A DNA stretch of 62,697 bases, filler included, from Choristocarpus tenellus KU-1152 (GCA_964200185.2; 13 parts of 13 records of this genome joined end to end with filler, not necessarily neighbours in it), one strand, 5' to 3'. Positions 38,059 to 51,629 are shown, counted from the first letter of the whole stretch. Translations and numbers: made by a program. The notes: generated from the sequence alone by a model not told the origin.

Positions 38059-38686
38059 GAGCTTTCGGTGTCCATCCTTGAGGTTCAAGACGCCAAGCGG
38101 GAGGTCAACCACCTTTCAGAGGCGATGAGAAGAGCGGAGACATTGGTGGAAGAGAGGATGTACTCGCTGGTTGTGGATGGGAAGGCCAAGGGCAATGTGG
38201 ACAAGGATAGGACTGCGGACCTCGTAGTGGCCTATAGGTGGGTACCATACATGGGGGGTTACATTGATGCGTGTTTTATTAGATGCGTATTTGGTCTCTT
38301 ATCTATCTCTTAGGCTTGAACATGCCGGGGGGGTGGGGGGGGGGGGGGGGGGGGGTTAGGATTAGGGTTAGGGATAGTGTGTACATCTCATTCAAGTTGA
38401 AAGTTGGTCGATTTGGAGCTGTGAGTTGTTGGGTTGCCTTTAAAAATAAATAAATTAGATGTCGCTGAGAGAGACCCTGTTGACAACACCCCATGCTCCC
38501 TCCCCGGTCCTTGTCTTGGACCTTGCGGGGAAATTTCACTTGGTAAGGCGGTTATTCAACCTCAGGGAAACGTTCAGGGAGCTTCTGGATGCCGTGGATG
38601 AAGTGAGGAGGCGTGAAAGTGAGTGTCAGCGTCTGGAGGCTGCAACCAATGAAATGCTCTCGGAGGCCGGGACCAGCCTATCAGAG
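38059..38686 (+). CDS. CCDC22-like coiled-coil protein, two exons (38059-38237, 38548-38686)
   Basis: ELSVSILEVQDAKREVNHLSEAMRRAETLVEERMY...AYRRLFNLRETFRELLDAVDEV..E..RLE follows the CCDC22 C-terminal pattern; splice phases are compatible. Confidence 0.55.
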
Positions 38687-39474
38687 GTAAATTAAAGAAA
38701 AGGAACGTGCTTCCAAGCTTGCTGGTGTTTTGCTTTGGTTTCTGTGTTGTTATGCCAGGGGTATTTGGTCCGGAGGAGGAGTGTTTGGCTTTAGCAACCC
38801 TCGTCTGGACTAGTGCTGTGTGCGCTGTTTGTTGAGTACTGCTTGCTTGGTACTTTGAAGGTCACAAAGGGAGGGTGATGATGGATGATGGTTGACCAGT
38901 GTCGAGGTGCTCTTTGAGGGTGCTGAGGGGTGGTCTGTGGTCTGTGCAAAGTTGAGAGTGACTGTTAGTCGCCTTTCAATTTATTTATTTTTCGATTTTT
39001 GAGGACTAGAAAGGGGGGGCGGGGGGGGATGGAAAGTTTTCCGCACAGGAACGAAGTAGCCATTCCTGTGGATATTTGTTCTGATCCTAGCCTGAGGGGT
39101 GAGGGGGAGTACCGCCGATTTTTAAAATCAATTTAGAATGAGTACGTCTGGGACCTTTTTCGCAGTTATTATAGTTCTGATTGGTCGGTTCAAGGCCCTG
39201 TAGTGGCACCGAGAACAACCGGTTTGTGTGTAGATGTCTGTGGGGCGACGGCAAAGGGGATGTTTTGTTTGTACATGGCTGATACATACATATGTACAGT
39301 CCCCAGCAGAGAGAGGAGTTGAAATTGAAAGCAATGAATAAGGCCGTTGAGGGGGTGAAGGCCTCAGTTCCTTTGAGTGTGACGGCACTTAGGTGTTCTC
39401 GCTTTGACGTGTAGTGAGATGTGCTTGCTATGCAACCCGTCGAGGTGAGACAGTCCTGAAGTCGAGTCACTGGC

Positions 39475-39741
39475 GAGTCAAAGTATCTGGGGGGGGGTTG
39501 TGACTGTCCATTTGGAGCCAATTTTTTCATGTCGTGATTTTTGTGTGATTTGGTTCTGTAAGTGCACTTTTCCTGGTTTTGGTCCAAATGGACACTCAGG
39601 TTTAGACCCCCCCCCCCCCCCCCCCCCCCCCCCCTCGTGTTTGTGTGNNNNNNNNNNTTGTAGGGTACTTTTCCTGGTTTTTGTCTCAAATGGACCCCCG
39701 GTTTTACCCCCCCCCCCGCCCCCCGCCAGATACTTTGGGTC
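39475..39741. mobile_element. MITE family B (spans a 10-N scaffold gap, part duplicated)
   Basis: GAGTCAAAGTATCTGGGG / GCCAGATACTTTGGGTC; flanks TGGC/TGCC. Confidence 0.8.
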
Positions 39742-39853
39742 TGCCGCTCTAGTCCACACCTAAAACAATATGTTAAGGTGGGCCCTTCTTTTTGTTGAGC
39801 CAACCGCTTAAATCAAATAGAAAGCGCTGAGAAATTTCCGACTGAGAAATCAG

Positions 39854-40023
39854 AGATGTTTGCCTCCAACAGTATAATCTAAAGGTATTTACCTACTACA
39901 GTATAATGTATAGATGTTAACCTCCAACGGTATAATGTATAGATATTTACCTACTACGGTATAATATATAGATGTTTGCCTCCTACGTTATAATATATAG
40001 ATATTTACCTCCAACGGTATAAT
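39854..40023. repeat. 29-bp minisatellite, about 6 units, with alternating variants
   Basis: AGAT(G/A)TTT(G/A)CCT(C/A)C(A/T)AC(G/A)GTATAAT(G/A)TAT units. Confidence 0.9.
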
Positions 40024-43000
40024 GGACACCTTACCTTGTTGGTGACACGTTATGCTGGACCAGCCAATATCCCCTATATTGTATTTTTCAGGGTATACTG
40101 AAGTGAATGGACCTTGATTGTGTTCTGCTCAGATGCATGCATTCATTCCCTCCCCCCCCTTCTGCACATGGGAGACCTCCATGAAGCACTTTTTTTTTTG
40201 GGGGGGGGGGGATGAGTTATTAGATTCACAGGTGTTCCGTATCTATAGTAGTACTCAAGGGTTAATAACCCCAGGGCAGGCATGTGGTGGTATGTGTGCA
40301 TCTACCTTACACAAGGGTGTCGGCAGTTTCACCTGTATGTACTGAAAACATCATCATTGGTATTTTTTTCTTTATTTTATTGTGGTGTCGCCTACTGTAC
40401 TGAAAACCTGTTGTTGAGGTGCAATTTTTTTTTTTTTAGTGGAGAGATGAAATCCTCACGAATGGAAAATTCACTTTTTTTGTTTTTTAAATAAAAAAAA
40501 GATAAATCCAGCAGTAATGCAACCGCAGTAGGTTAGCACGGAGGAGCACACTTGGATACTATTATTATTATTATTGTTATATTGATAGTGGTATGGCAAC
40601 CATGTGGCTGGCTCTCTTGCATAGGACCAACAACTCATGAATCAAAGAGCTGGCCAGGTGGTGGTGTTGAGTTTCAAGGGCGCCCTGTGAATTTCTGGAA
40701 GCACACATTTGTTTATCTCTAAGCCTACAGCTCTGTGGAGTGTAGTGCATTTTTGACTTTTTTTGGAAGAGGGGGGGGGGGGGGGGGGGGTGTTTGGGGT
40801 GGTTTTTGGGGNNNNNNNNNNNNNNNNNNNNNNNNNNNNNNNNNNNNNNNNNNNNTTAATTAATTAANNNNNNNNNNNNNNNNNNNNNNNNNNNNNNNNN
40901 NNNNNNNNNNNGGAAAAGAAAATTACGGGTGTCCCCACACACCTTGAAGACGTAAGGCAGGAGTCCTGGTAGAGTCTCGGGAGAGCCTTGATGAAGGCCG
41001 ACCGGTGCACACTGTAGAAAACATTTCTTCCATCTAGACTGATGACCCATTCTCCACACTAATTTCTTAGGCGAATGTCTAGAAGGGCACGCTCTACCCC
41101 ATTTGGGACCCCCACGCCAATTGTCCCACTCCATCAAAAGATTCCTCTAGGTAGGGGCGCCAGTCTGTGCAGAAAGCTGAAGCACACGCCCTTCTATTAA
41201 TAAAAAGAAATTCGTATTATCTAAAAACTAAATATAATGCGACAGTTCTATAAAAAGTACTTGCAAGGACAGCATTCATCCACCCTTACCCGTTCATCAT
41301 GTTCTCCCTAGTCGTATTTGTAAACATGATATCTTCTTGCTGATTACTACACGGATTGGTAGGAGGGCATATCGTAAACCATACTGTGTACGTTGGATTT
41401 TTTTAAGCAACTTAATTTTGATGGGATGCTTTGAACTGTTAAGGTCAAAAATACCTCCTTCCTTGTTTGTTGTTGTACCATCCTTGTAGCTTATGTTGGA
41501 CAGTGGAACTTGCTCCTCCATAGGTATGTAAATATAAGTATATCGAAGCAGATCACATGTAAGTCATTCTGCACACAATTATAATGCTTAATATATATAA
41601 ATCTTCCTACCTCGTAACTTTCCTGCTTGGAGTGGACATGCACGTGCTGCATAGTAAATTTCAATTTCCACTGAACGCATCCTGGCGTGAGGGTTGGCTG
41701 GGTGGCACGACAGCCTCCTATGCCGGACGAAGTAAAGAGCTCTATGTAGAAGGACCAGATTCAAGCAACCCAACCAAGTGTTGTTTATGATGCCTATTTT
41801 GGTTCTTGTGCTCAACGTTTCGTTTGCCCTTACTGCCTCTTCAATCGATACCTGTTTATGGAGGGTTAAGGCCGAGTCCATGATATAAGTTAACAAGGAT
41901 CAATCAAAGTATACTGCTTGTGGGGACCTCTCCTTTGTTGGTGGATCTTGGTGAGGTTCCTTTCTCGAGGGAGGGTTCGATCACACAAATACGGAGTGGG
42001 TGTGACCTGGTGTTGAGGGAGGTTGAAGCGCGAAAATACCGCGCGCAAACTCGACGCAAAATGTATTGTTGTAGAATATTTGTGTTGGTTAGGCTCACAA
42101 TCTACACCAAATATTGAGTACCAAGTACTGAGGAGCAAAGGGACTACATCACCTTATCCTGTAAAATGGCGAATCGCTTCAAACGCCAGCGAGGTGAGAT
42201 GCTGGTTTATATGTCAGCTTAGAACGCTGCCATACCTCCTCAATGACCCTTGCTTACATGGTCCACTTTACTCATCGCCAGAACGACATTTTCAGGACAA
42301 AGTCGATAGTCAATCGACGACAGTGGCGGATGATGAAGATGACTACTTGTCGGCAGCGTTTGTCGTGGAAAAACCTTCTCCAGGCATGCGAGGGACAGAC
42401 AGAGCAAAGCGGGGACGACGACTGGAAGATCCAAACAGAGGCAAAGGTGACTTGAAAAGAGAGTTGAGGTTGTGCTAGTATTTGTAGGGGGAGGTTTCCT
42501 TGCTAAGAATCTCCCAACTGCACTCCGAGGTCACTTAGCACCTCCTTCGAACATCTAGCAGGGAGGGTTCCGGTGATCCTAAACTTTGTTTCTCGTACAA
42601 GATGTTCATCGACTCTGACCATCACTTGTTGAAACGAGGTTCTCCCACTATGGGTTGGGCTATGATATTCACCGTATGCTGAAAGTGGTGCATTGTCAGT
42701 TGATAGTAATAGCTACTCATTTTTTTGTTGGTACCCTGCTCATGGAAGCTGGATGCAGAATATGCTCGGTGGTCCATAGTTTTGCGACCCTAGCTTCATC
42801 AGAATCATGACCAGAATCGCTTTTGGCTATTTGGGGGTATTAACTCCCAAACAAATTGATATTTTGGACTCCTGCACCTGTCCTTCTCGTGATCGGTTAC
42901 ATATCCTCCAAGGCTGCCACAATCTACTGCCCCTATTTGTAGGTGGTTGCCGTAATACATGTTGGCGGTACTGGCATAGATGCTCTTCTTGGTCATATCT

Positions 43001-43098
43001 ATGAGAGCAGTGAAGTATGGAATCGAGGTACATGATGTTGGGGACTCATGACTGACATGACATCTACACCTTCTGTGCATTACCATGTAACATGCGAC

Positions 43099-44131
43099 AT
43101 GAAAGTTCTGTCCAACAAGGAGATTGCAAAGAAGATGGAGAATAATAGAGAAGAAGGTCTTCAACAAGAGATTGGAAAGGTGAGAGCCTACCGGTTCTCA
43201 GTTATTGTAGGCCTTATCATCTCCTCATCCTCTCCCTAATCCTAGGTGTTTGTTAGTGTTGCTTTGTTGATGCTTACATTGTCCCATCTTCACCTCCCAT
43301 ACACTATCTGATGTAGCCTGATACATGCTGATGGCAGGATAATACAGGATTCAAGCTCCTCATGAAGCTTGGGTACAAGGGTGGTGGACTGGGAAAGGAT
43401 GGAGGGGGCACAGCGCAGCCATTAATGCCAGTGATGAAGTCAGGACGTGCGGGGTGAGCCTCACTCAGTGCAGTAGAGGGCGGAGGAGAGGAACTTGCTA
43501 TGTTGGATGGGGCACTGTGATACTGTTGAGACATGAAATGTTTTATTGATAATTGCACTGCATGTAGAAGGGGTTTTTTTGTTGTTGGACTTGGTACTTG
43601 CTACAGGTGCATGTTTTTTAGGAGTTTTGTGTTGAAATTTGACTTGTCCGATGTCAGATGCAACCCCCCTTAGCAATGTAACTATCATATTGGTATCAAT
43701 AGTCCAAATGCCAATCGAGAGGCTTGTAATTTTGAAGTGATGTTTTTGCTTTGTTGAGTATTGTGTAAAGGAACCCATAATTTGGATATCAGAACTGGGA
43801 TCAGAATTTTTATTTTGTATTGTGCCACAGTGACAAATGGTGTAGAGTTGTAAGTGTACACAGTACCTAATGATTCGCCACAAAGATGTTTATACCTCCC
43901 CCCTCTTACATTCCTTTCATGATTTTTCCTCTTGATTATCTGTCATCTTCCATCTTTTTAAGGACATACAGTGGGTATCACTGCAGATGTGTATTTGACC
44001 TATATGCATTGCCATGCTCCTCTGTATTGAACTGCTTTGTCAGGCTTGGTAAAGACTTGGAGATTCGTCACAAGAAGGAAGTAGAGAAGGAGAGAGTGAA
44101 AGCAAAACTGGCTAGAAAAGTGCAATATGAG
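43099..44131 (+). CDS. G-patch domain protein (GPATCH11-like), partial: exons about 43099-43179, 43338-43453, 44044-44131
   Basis: REEGLQQEIGK|DNTGFKLLMKLGYKGGGLGKDGGGTAQPLMPVMKSGRAG|LGKD is a G-patch consensus; phases are compatible; the 5' boundary of the first exon is uncertain. Confidence 0.8.
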
Positions 44132-44882
44132 GTGAGCTAGCGTATTGTGTCTCTCTTGCACATAAATTACATATCTCAGTATTAGACTGTACTTGAAGTA
44201 TTAAGATTTACAGCGTTTTTGAACTATAGCATTAATGTTGCACAATCAGGGATGCCTGTAACATGAGATGAGTCACAGATCCAACTCTTCTTGCTGTTTG
44301 TATCATACTTTGTATAAGAAGTGTTTATATGTTCATTTGTGAATGAGTATCTATTAGGGGTATATATGTATCTATACACGAAACTGAACAGATACGCCTC
44401 TCTTGGTGCTGAAACATTTTTCCTAAGAGAAGGACGTAAGTTGATACATTTTGAAGTTTATGTTGTACATTGAATTTGTCTGCGAGTAGTGAATAATAGT
44501 GCATGGTGTGTATTGAACTGAGTGTTTGTATGANNNNNNNNNNNNNNNNNNNNNNNNNNNNNNNNNNNNNNNNNNNNTTAATTAATTAANNNNNNNNNNN
44601 NNNNNNNNNNNNNNNNNNNNNNNNNNNNNNNNNGTGTCTGCAGAGAGATTGATTAAATTTAGGTGGGGCATCCAGCACTCCATAAAATCAGAAATGTTTC
44701 CTTTTTATATGAGAAATTTCTCATAAACTAATACCAGTAAAAGGTTCTGATAATTCAACCACTATTGTTCCATTACTCCATACATATTTTACCGTAACTG
44801 TCCGATACAGTTAGGAATGTCTAATCGAACATCGTGCATGTGTCTCCCCACTCCCCATCCCTTTTCCTCCTCTTCTAGCTAG

Positions 44883-45060
44883 ATATTTCATGGCCGCTCT
44901 CTCAACGAAAACAAGACCCTTGGAGATAGTCGGTTCGGAAGTGAACTCCTTAACTGGTGCACTTTGCACTACAGTGAAAAGAAGATATTGACGAGGAAGG
45001 GAGCAGGAACATACGCTTGTCGAAGGCCATGTCCAACTGTCACAGGGGATGTACCTTAAT
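44883..45060 (+). CDS. Possible ubiquitin-like domain exon
   Basis: IFHGRSLNENKTLGDSRFG...TLH resembles the UBL IFxGxxLxDxxTLxD..TLH pattern; preceded by a polypyrimidine tract and AG. Confidence 0.4.
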
Positions 45061-45614
45061 GATGGTTTCACAAACGTCATAAAGACCTTGAAGTCCTAGA
45101 TGTTATTTGTGTTGTACTTGACAATTTACTTATTAGTTGTTCACTAATTGTGTCGTACATATTCTATTATTTTTCCCTCTAACATTCCGTAGATGTGCAT
45201 ATTGGTTGTGCATGTTCGTTCGGTTCTTATTATATACCCCAATCGAAGCAATAAAGTGAATAATCGAGTGAGAGATCCAGAATATTTGATTATATTTCTA
45301 TTGAGGTGTTCTCTGTGAGTCTCGTCTTCACCCTACAGGCTTGTGGATTGGAGCTACATATCCCATCATGATAAGCTTGCAACATAATTTTGTAACATGG
45401 AGGTCCTACCTTGTCTCTTCAAAGAGGAGAGAATACTCACCTTGCCAGGTGGGACAATTGCTAGCTTCCTTGGTAAGTCCTGGACTTATCTCCATCTCCA
45501 CTTCTCTCGAATTGGGGAGAATAGGGGTCTGCATCGTCACATCTGTGGCTCAGACACCACTCCCTCAGCGAGGAATGGACCTTGCCACCATGGGTGAGGG
45601 CATTTACCCTCATT

Positions 45615-45862
45615 CGCATCAATGGCCTGCACTCGAGATCACGGCTTCAGGACCTCTTTCAACGACTTTGAGGATTGTAAGAGAGTGCAGACCGCCTTTC
45701 TCTCTGCACTGGTTTGCATCAATGACCTGCACTTGTGATCACGGCTTCAGGGACTCTCTTTACGACCTTGAGGCTAGGCGAGAGAGTGGACCGCCTTACT
45801 GTGTCCACCAGGTCGCACCAATGACCTGTGACCCAGACCACGACCTCAGAGCCTCCCTCTAG
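45615..45862. repeat. Degenerate tandem repeat, about 100-bp unit, about 2.5 copies
   Basis: GCATCAATG(G/A)CCTGCACT.G.GATCACGGCTTCAGG..CTCT..ACGAC.TTGAGG recurs. Confidence 0.75.
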
Positions 45863-46187
45863 CGAGGGGAAGACCTCAAGATTATGCACGGGGTTGCTGG
45901 CGGCATTCTTTAATTGAAACCTGAATTGAATGCATTGTATATGTGAGCGAAATGCGTAGACTACGAGTGAAGAGGAACCATGGTGTTGTAAAGCACCGAT
46001 GGGTAGAATACGTAGTCTGTGGTATATGAGTACATGTGATTGTGATGCAAATCACTGATGTACTTGTTCTGTTGCAACTGAAGTCATTGATCTCTCAGTC
46101 AAGAATGATGTGATATGAATTCAGTGTAATTTCATGGGATACTCAACGAAAGAAGTCCACGCTCTGTGGAGAGGCTTGTTCCCTTGG

Positions 46188-46425
46188 CTGGCAAGGGTTT
46201 CCGTAGATGGTTTTAACTCTGTATGTATTACATCCAAGTGTGCGTCAGGGGCACTTTGCAGAGTGGTGTTGACGTAATTGGAGGGATCAATGGCAGTCAC
46301 GAAAGAACTGGCAAGGGTTTCCGTAGATGGTTTTAACTCTGAATGTATTACATCCAAGTGTGCGTCAGGGGCACTTTGCAGAGTGGTGTTGATGTAATTG
46401 GAGGGATCAATGGCAGTCACGAAAG
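46188..46425. repeat. Near-perfect 120-bp tandem duplication
   Basis: CTGGCAAGGGTTTCCGTAGATGG...GGCAGTCACGAAAGA occurs twice with very few substitutions. Confidence 0.95.
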
Positions 46426-47284
46426 AGATAATAATCAATCACCAATGTACAACTGTCATCTTCTGTTGATAAGAAGAAAGAGTGAAAGAAAACAACAGAA
46501 CAGAACAAAATTGAAACAATATGTGATGCAACTAATGTGACGTACACTATACTATACTATTTGTGTGGAACGCAGAGCGACTGTTCTATACTAAGGTGTT
46601 CTGATTGTAGTTGATGTAGTGATGATGAACTAGTAGTGAAAGTAACGTCCAGAACGTAACAGACCAATCAACAGTCAGTGTTGACTGGTGGAACTGTATC
46701 GCATCAAGGAACAAACAGATGAGTAGCCTATGTTTTAACATATTTTTTGTGTTCCACTTGTCTCGAATTTCTGTAGAGTACGTTCCGTCTTGTTCACATA
46801 CTACCTCTTGTCATCCGCTGATGCTTTCGCTGTTTTTTCTTGCGTTCTCCTGCGCCGCAATTGGCACTTTGAGGTATAGAAGTAACCAGCATTTTGATCA
46901 GTCACAACTCAATCACAGATTGGTTAAAGGAATACAAGGTGTAATCGCATATCACTCATCGGTGCTTCGCAACACCATGATTCCTCATCGATAGTAGTAT
47001 ACGCGTTTTGCCTACATGTACGATGCATTCGATTCAGGTTTCAACATAATTTGTCTGTGATCCACAGGTACACTCATTAATAAGGTGTGGTACAAGGAGA
47101 ATGATAGAGAGTGGATACTTACGCTGAGTATCTCGAGAAAGAGACAAAAGGAGGGTAGGACAAGTCAGATATCTCCAGTCTTCCAGGACCTGCAAACAAG
47201 AGCGCACTGAATATAGGGGGGAGGAGATTGTTGCATATGGATGAGTGGACCAAAAAACCCTACTGGGTGTGGTTAGAACGAGGA

Positions 47285-47520
47285 AAGAGTCTTTTCTATG
47301 ACAGTACCTATTTCTATGTGACTATGAGACATTTTCTTGTTTTGTACATCTTTGTGTTCATATTTCTGAAGGGAGAGTCTATCTATGACATTACCCTATG
47401 TCAATGTTATTTTAAATCCTTGCGTCTGTATGCATTTGCGTGTATATATTTCTGAAGGGGGAGAGTCTTCTATGACAGTACCCTATTTCTATGTGACTGG
47501 GAGACATTGTTTTTGTATGT
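47285..47520. repeat. Degenerate tandem repeat, about 88-bp unit, about 3 copies
   Basis: GAGTCT..CTATGACA(G/T)TACC.TAT recurs at about 47287, 47375 and 47463. Confidence 0.75.
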
Positions 47521-47599
47521 TACATTTACTTTGTTGATATAGTGGTACCAGTAGCTCCGCCCTCTGGGGTTTTCCTGCCATACCTTTTTATGTAGGCAT

Positions 47600-48749
47600 C
47601 GGATTAGAAAAATAAAAGCATATTGGTGATGCCCGTCACAAGGCGCTCCAGAGTACGGGCTTCGTTTTTTTTCCGCCATTTTTTTCTTTTTTTGAAGAGA
47701 GAGCGCTCAAATTGGGGTTCCAACCCTGGATTGGAGGTCACCAAGAGTGGCAACAGATTCACTATTACTTGATTGAAGTATATAGGGTTTAGGCAGCGAA
47801 AAAGCCTCCCCACCCTTTCTTCCTGTGTGTTTGCGCACCCACTCTTTGACCTTGGGAAGGATGTCTTCGTCGAGGTCCAGGACGAAACGCCTCTCATGGC
47901 GCCCTTGCTCTGACACCTTGATGTGCCCCTTAGTTAGGAACTCTCTCTCCCATTTACTCATAGTTTCCGGCCTGACCATCGCATATCCTGCTGCCATCTC
48001 GAGCGCCGTTTGACGGCCTTTCCCGTCGTTCATAAACACGTACAGTATTCACAGTGCTAGAGCCTTAAATATCATATTTCCTCGTTGAGCGCCGGAAATG
48101 GGCGTCGTCTGTTTTTCCTGGGCGGGTGATATCTTATCAAGGTCTAAAGGCGAGGGAGGACAGGCTTGAATTGATCGAAAATTGCGTTGATTTCTCGAAT
48201 GAATGCAGACTAGGAAAAAGCCTTAATCAACTTTATACGTCCAACCCCAAGTCCAGGAAGAAGAGTGAATGTACGGCATCTTACAAGAAGTGGGAGACAC
48301 CAAACCATTGGTGTGCAAATAGTCTCAATCTCACCTCCACTTTTTCTCTGGCGTCCTTGTCAATGGCTACCTCCACCTGCTTCGTGAACTCTTGTAGGTA
48401 GGATTTGGTGGGATCGAAAAGTCTCCACAGCTGCCTTTGTTACAATCGCTTTTTCCTCCACCTTGCGAGCCCTTTCGACCTTCTTTTGAGCTTTAGAGCC
48501 CTTGTAGCCCAACCCTAACACCTTCTTTTTCGTTTCCTTAAGCCACTCTGGGTCACACAGATTCTAGACTTCCACGGCCTGCTTCAACTGTCGACTACTA
48601 ACATATACTACACCCGGGTTTTCGCTCAGGTGTTTCCTGAGAGCAATGGCAAACAGTCGCACTGCTCTCTTCCCCAATCTTCCCTTCGGCCGGCCACCCC
48701 AGTTCTCCCTTCGCCTGCCGTGACCAGGCTTCCCCACAGACTTTGTCAC
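47600..48749 (-). mobile_element. Decayed DNA-transposase-like ORF (N-terminal/HTH region)
   Basis: W.REFL..G.I..SEQGRH.....LDEDI...VKEWVR resembles the N-terminal part of IS630/Tc1-related eukaryotic transposases; contains stops and frameshifts. Confidence 0.45.
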
Positions 48750-49204
48750 NNNNNNNNNNNNNNNNNNNNNNNNNNNNNNNNNNNNNNNNNNNNTTAATTA
48801 ATTAANNNNNNNNNNNNNNNNNNNNNNNNNNNNNNNNNNNNNNNNNNNNGTGGAAACCACTAATCAGTTACTTCAGCACTATCAAATATTGTACTACTGT
48901 CGTCCTTATCTTCTGCAAAATGTCAGAGGGCCTAATAATAAAAAATAGGAAGGTGTACGAAGAGTGAGGACTAGGAGGCTAGGACGCAGAAGAGGTAGGA
49001 AAGAAGTTAAAGAAATGAGTGGTAGGTGGAGGCACGAGGTAGGAGGGAAAGGGGCAGAACCAGAGTCAAAGCTACGGGTGGTGGTGCAGGACAAGGAGCG
49101 CAAGATCAAAGCAACCACTACTGTTGTCATTCAGAATACAATTATTGTTGATATACTACTACAATACACTGGTACTACGACTATTATAAGTTAGTATGTG
49201 TTTC

Positions 49205-51340
49205 TGTGACAGACCTAGACCTCTACAGCATTACACCTCTACAACATTCTATATTTAACACTGTACATGTGGAAAGAATGTTTGACTTTTATTATACCGT
49301 TATTGACATATACCGTCATATCGTTATAAAGTTATGCCATTGTACCGATTGAAGTTCTTTGTCAAGCATCCATGATTCCACTGGCGGACCTTCTATCAGA
49401 ATGAAACTACGGAATCTCTTCACGAGATCAATCCCATAGAGTTGGGACAGCTTGTCATTCAGAGTTATCACACATGAAAGATTCACTTTGTTCTCACGGC
49501 TTGACTGGTGGTGATGAAACCCCCTCTCTGAAGATGCTCATCACTCCTCAATTTTCTCTGCAAGTCCTTGCAGTCTTGCACTTGTCCAACCTTAATCTCG
49601 TACTCTCAGTTACGGTTCATCTTGGTTCGTCTGATCCGTCTTGCCTGGTGATTCTCTTCATCACCCTTACTTACCTGAGTGAACCACAACGCCACAGAAT
49701 CACACGATTCATATTGGCGACACCGTGAGCTCAGAAATAGGGTGATGGGTAATTTTTGTCTGACCACGGACGAAACATGCCGACTTCAAGATCAAGGCTG
49801 TGAACAGGAGCGCCTGACCCCACATCTGGAACCATCGAGAACACCAGAAGAAGAAGTTTAGGGACAAGAGTCTAGAGAGGACATGGAGTCCTCAACAAAT
49901 CATGACTCTGACTTGTCTAGTCTCTCGTCCACTTCGTCTAGTAACATAACAATTGCCGAACGTAGATGAGGTTCTCCCCCTTCTCCCTCCACAGATCGTC
50001 AGGTTCATACCAGACCTGTGTCGTCGACCTTAGAGCATCGTGTTAGCTTGGGCAACCGTGACACTCTTTGGGTCCTCTTTCAGGATGAACCTGTCCCGCC
50101 TCCAAGTTCCACTACTTGTGAGGTGGCCATTTCGCAGGCCCAGCTCGGAGATACTGTACCAGCGTTCATTGCGCACCATGTAAATGAGTCCACGAGAACA
50201 AACACTGAGCTCATGAATGGCTTCAGGATCTGTTAAAACTTCAAGTTCAGGGAACAGGCATTGATCATGTAAGAACCATTGAACAGAGTAGCAATGTCTC
50301 ACACCCACAACCACTGTCAGAAGGGAGTCGTTTTAGGTTTTCCCCTTCGGAAATCCTGTCTGGTCTGACAATCACAAGTTCTGGGGAAGAAGATTTACCA
50401 CTTCTGTTCTCTAAATGGCATGTGGCAATATCTCTGCATTCTAGTCAGTACAGCCCTGCATCCCCTGAAACAGTTGATGCTCGTTGTGTAGATTTTTTTC
50501 TGCAAATTCTTCAAGGACCTGCCGAAACATTCCTTTTTCAGGCATTGGCTGGTACAATAGAATGGCGTTCAAAAAGTGACTTGGCTCGATTGCAATCGTC
50601 CCTTGATTCCCCTGTCCCCCTTACACCTCCAAGGACGTGGGATAATGTCCAGAAAGCCTTCATCAATGCATTTACTCCCGCCCATGCTGTAGGTGTATCA
50701 GCCCGTAGACTAACATCCTTGAACAGGGAGAGACTGAGTCTGCCGACAAATGTACTTTACGTTGAACAACAGCAATGAATCGTTTTTTAGATGATGTTCG
50801 TTGTACAAAATCATCTTCAGATTCGGTTGACACAAAAACTTTACTTGTCGAGCAACTAAAAAATAACCCTGATGGAAGGCGGCTTACTCCCTACGATTCG
50901 TCTTGAACAGATTCAAGAAGAACTTGACACCACGTTTGCCCAGGCTCATGACCATGCCAAACGGCATGAAGCCAACAATCTGTGTGGCAATAATTCCACC
51001 CCAACAACTTACACTAGTGCTGTGACCCACAACCCTCGTCGTGGGCAGGCTCCTCGTCGAGATTTTGTCCAATTACAACGGAAATGTCAACCGCTCCGTA
51101 CAGAGGTGGAACGTCACCGAGCAGGGGAAGCAACCCTCAACAAGTCCCCAGCTCGGCCGTTGACACATCCACCTACCACAGCCAGTGCAACTGACAGATC
51201 ACCACGACCCCTGGACATGTCACACTATGCAGAGACACCATCTACACCCCAGTACACCATTGATCAGCACCAATGTAGTGTGTTTCAGTACCCGGGTTGT
51301 CAGGCGGCGTCTCGTGAGGGTCATACAAATCATATATAGT
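49205..51340 (+). mobile_element. Gypsy-like LTR retrotransposon remnant: putative LTR about 49205-49711, PBS-like TGGCGAC at about 49715, decayed gag
   Basis: TG...CA-bounded segment followed by TTGGCGACAC; gag-like PRTWDNVQKAFINAFTP...ARRLTSL. Confidence 0.55.
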
Positions 51341-51442
51341 ATCCTTCATGTCATATCTCGGTATCCTAACATATATTATGCCCTCTGAAAATTTCCAGAT
51401 GTGTCAGGGGAAAAGTCAATTCATTATCATAAGAACTCCTGT

Positions 51443-51629
51443 GACTCAAAGTATCGGGGGGGTGAGCTGGTGGCTGTCCATTCGGGGCTCATTTTTCCAT
51501 GTAGAGATTTTTGGGCGATTTGGTTGCATGCGTTGGATGGATAATGTAAGTGCGATTCTCCTGGTATGGGCCCGAATGGACACCTTGGTGTAGACCCCCA
51601 CTCCCCACCCCCCCCAGATTCTTTGAGCC
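51443..51629. mobile_element. MITE family B nested in the CRE-like 3' UTR
   Basis: GACTCAAAGTATCGGGGG / CCCCAGATTCTTTGAGCC. Confidence 0.85.

Noticed and set aside
4018-44131. Functional gene cluster (LIG4, LRR, ALDH, CCDC22-like, G-patch)
   Set aside because: The genes lie on different concatenated contigs, so their adjacency is artificial
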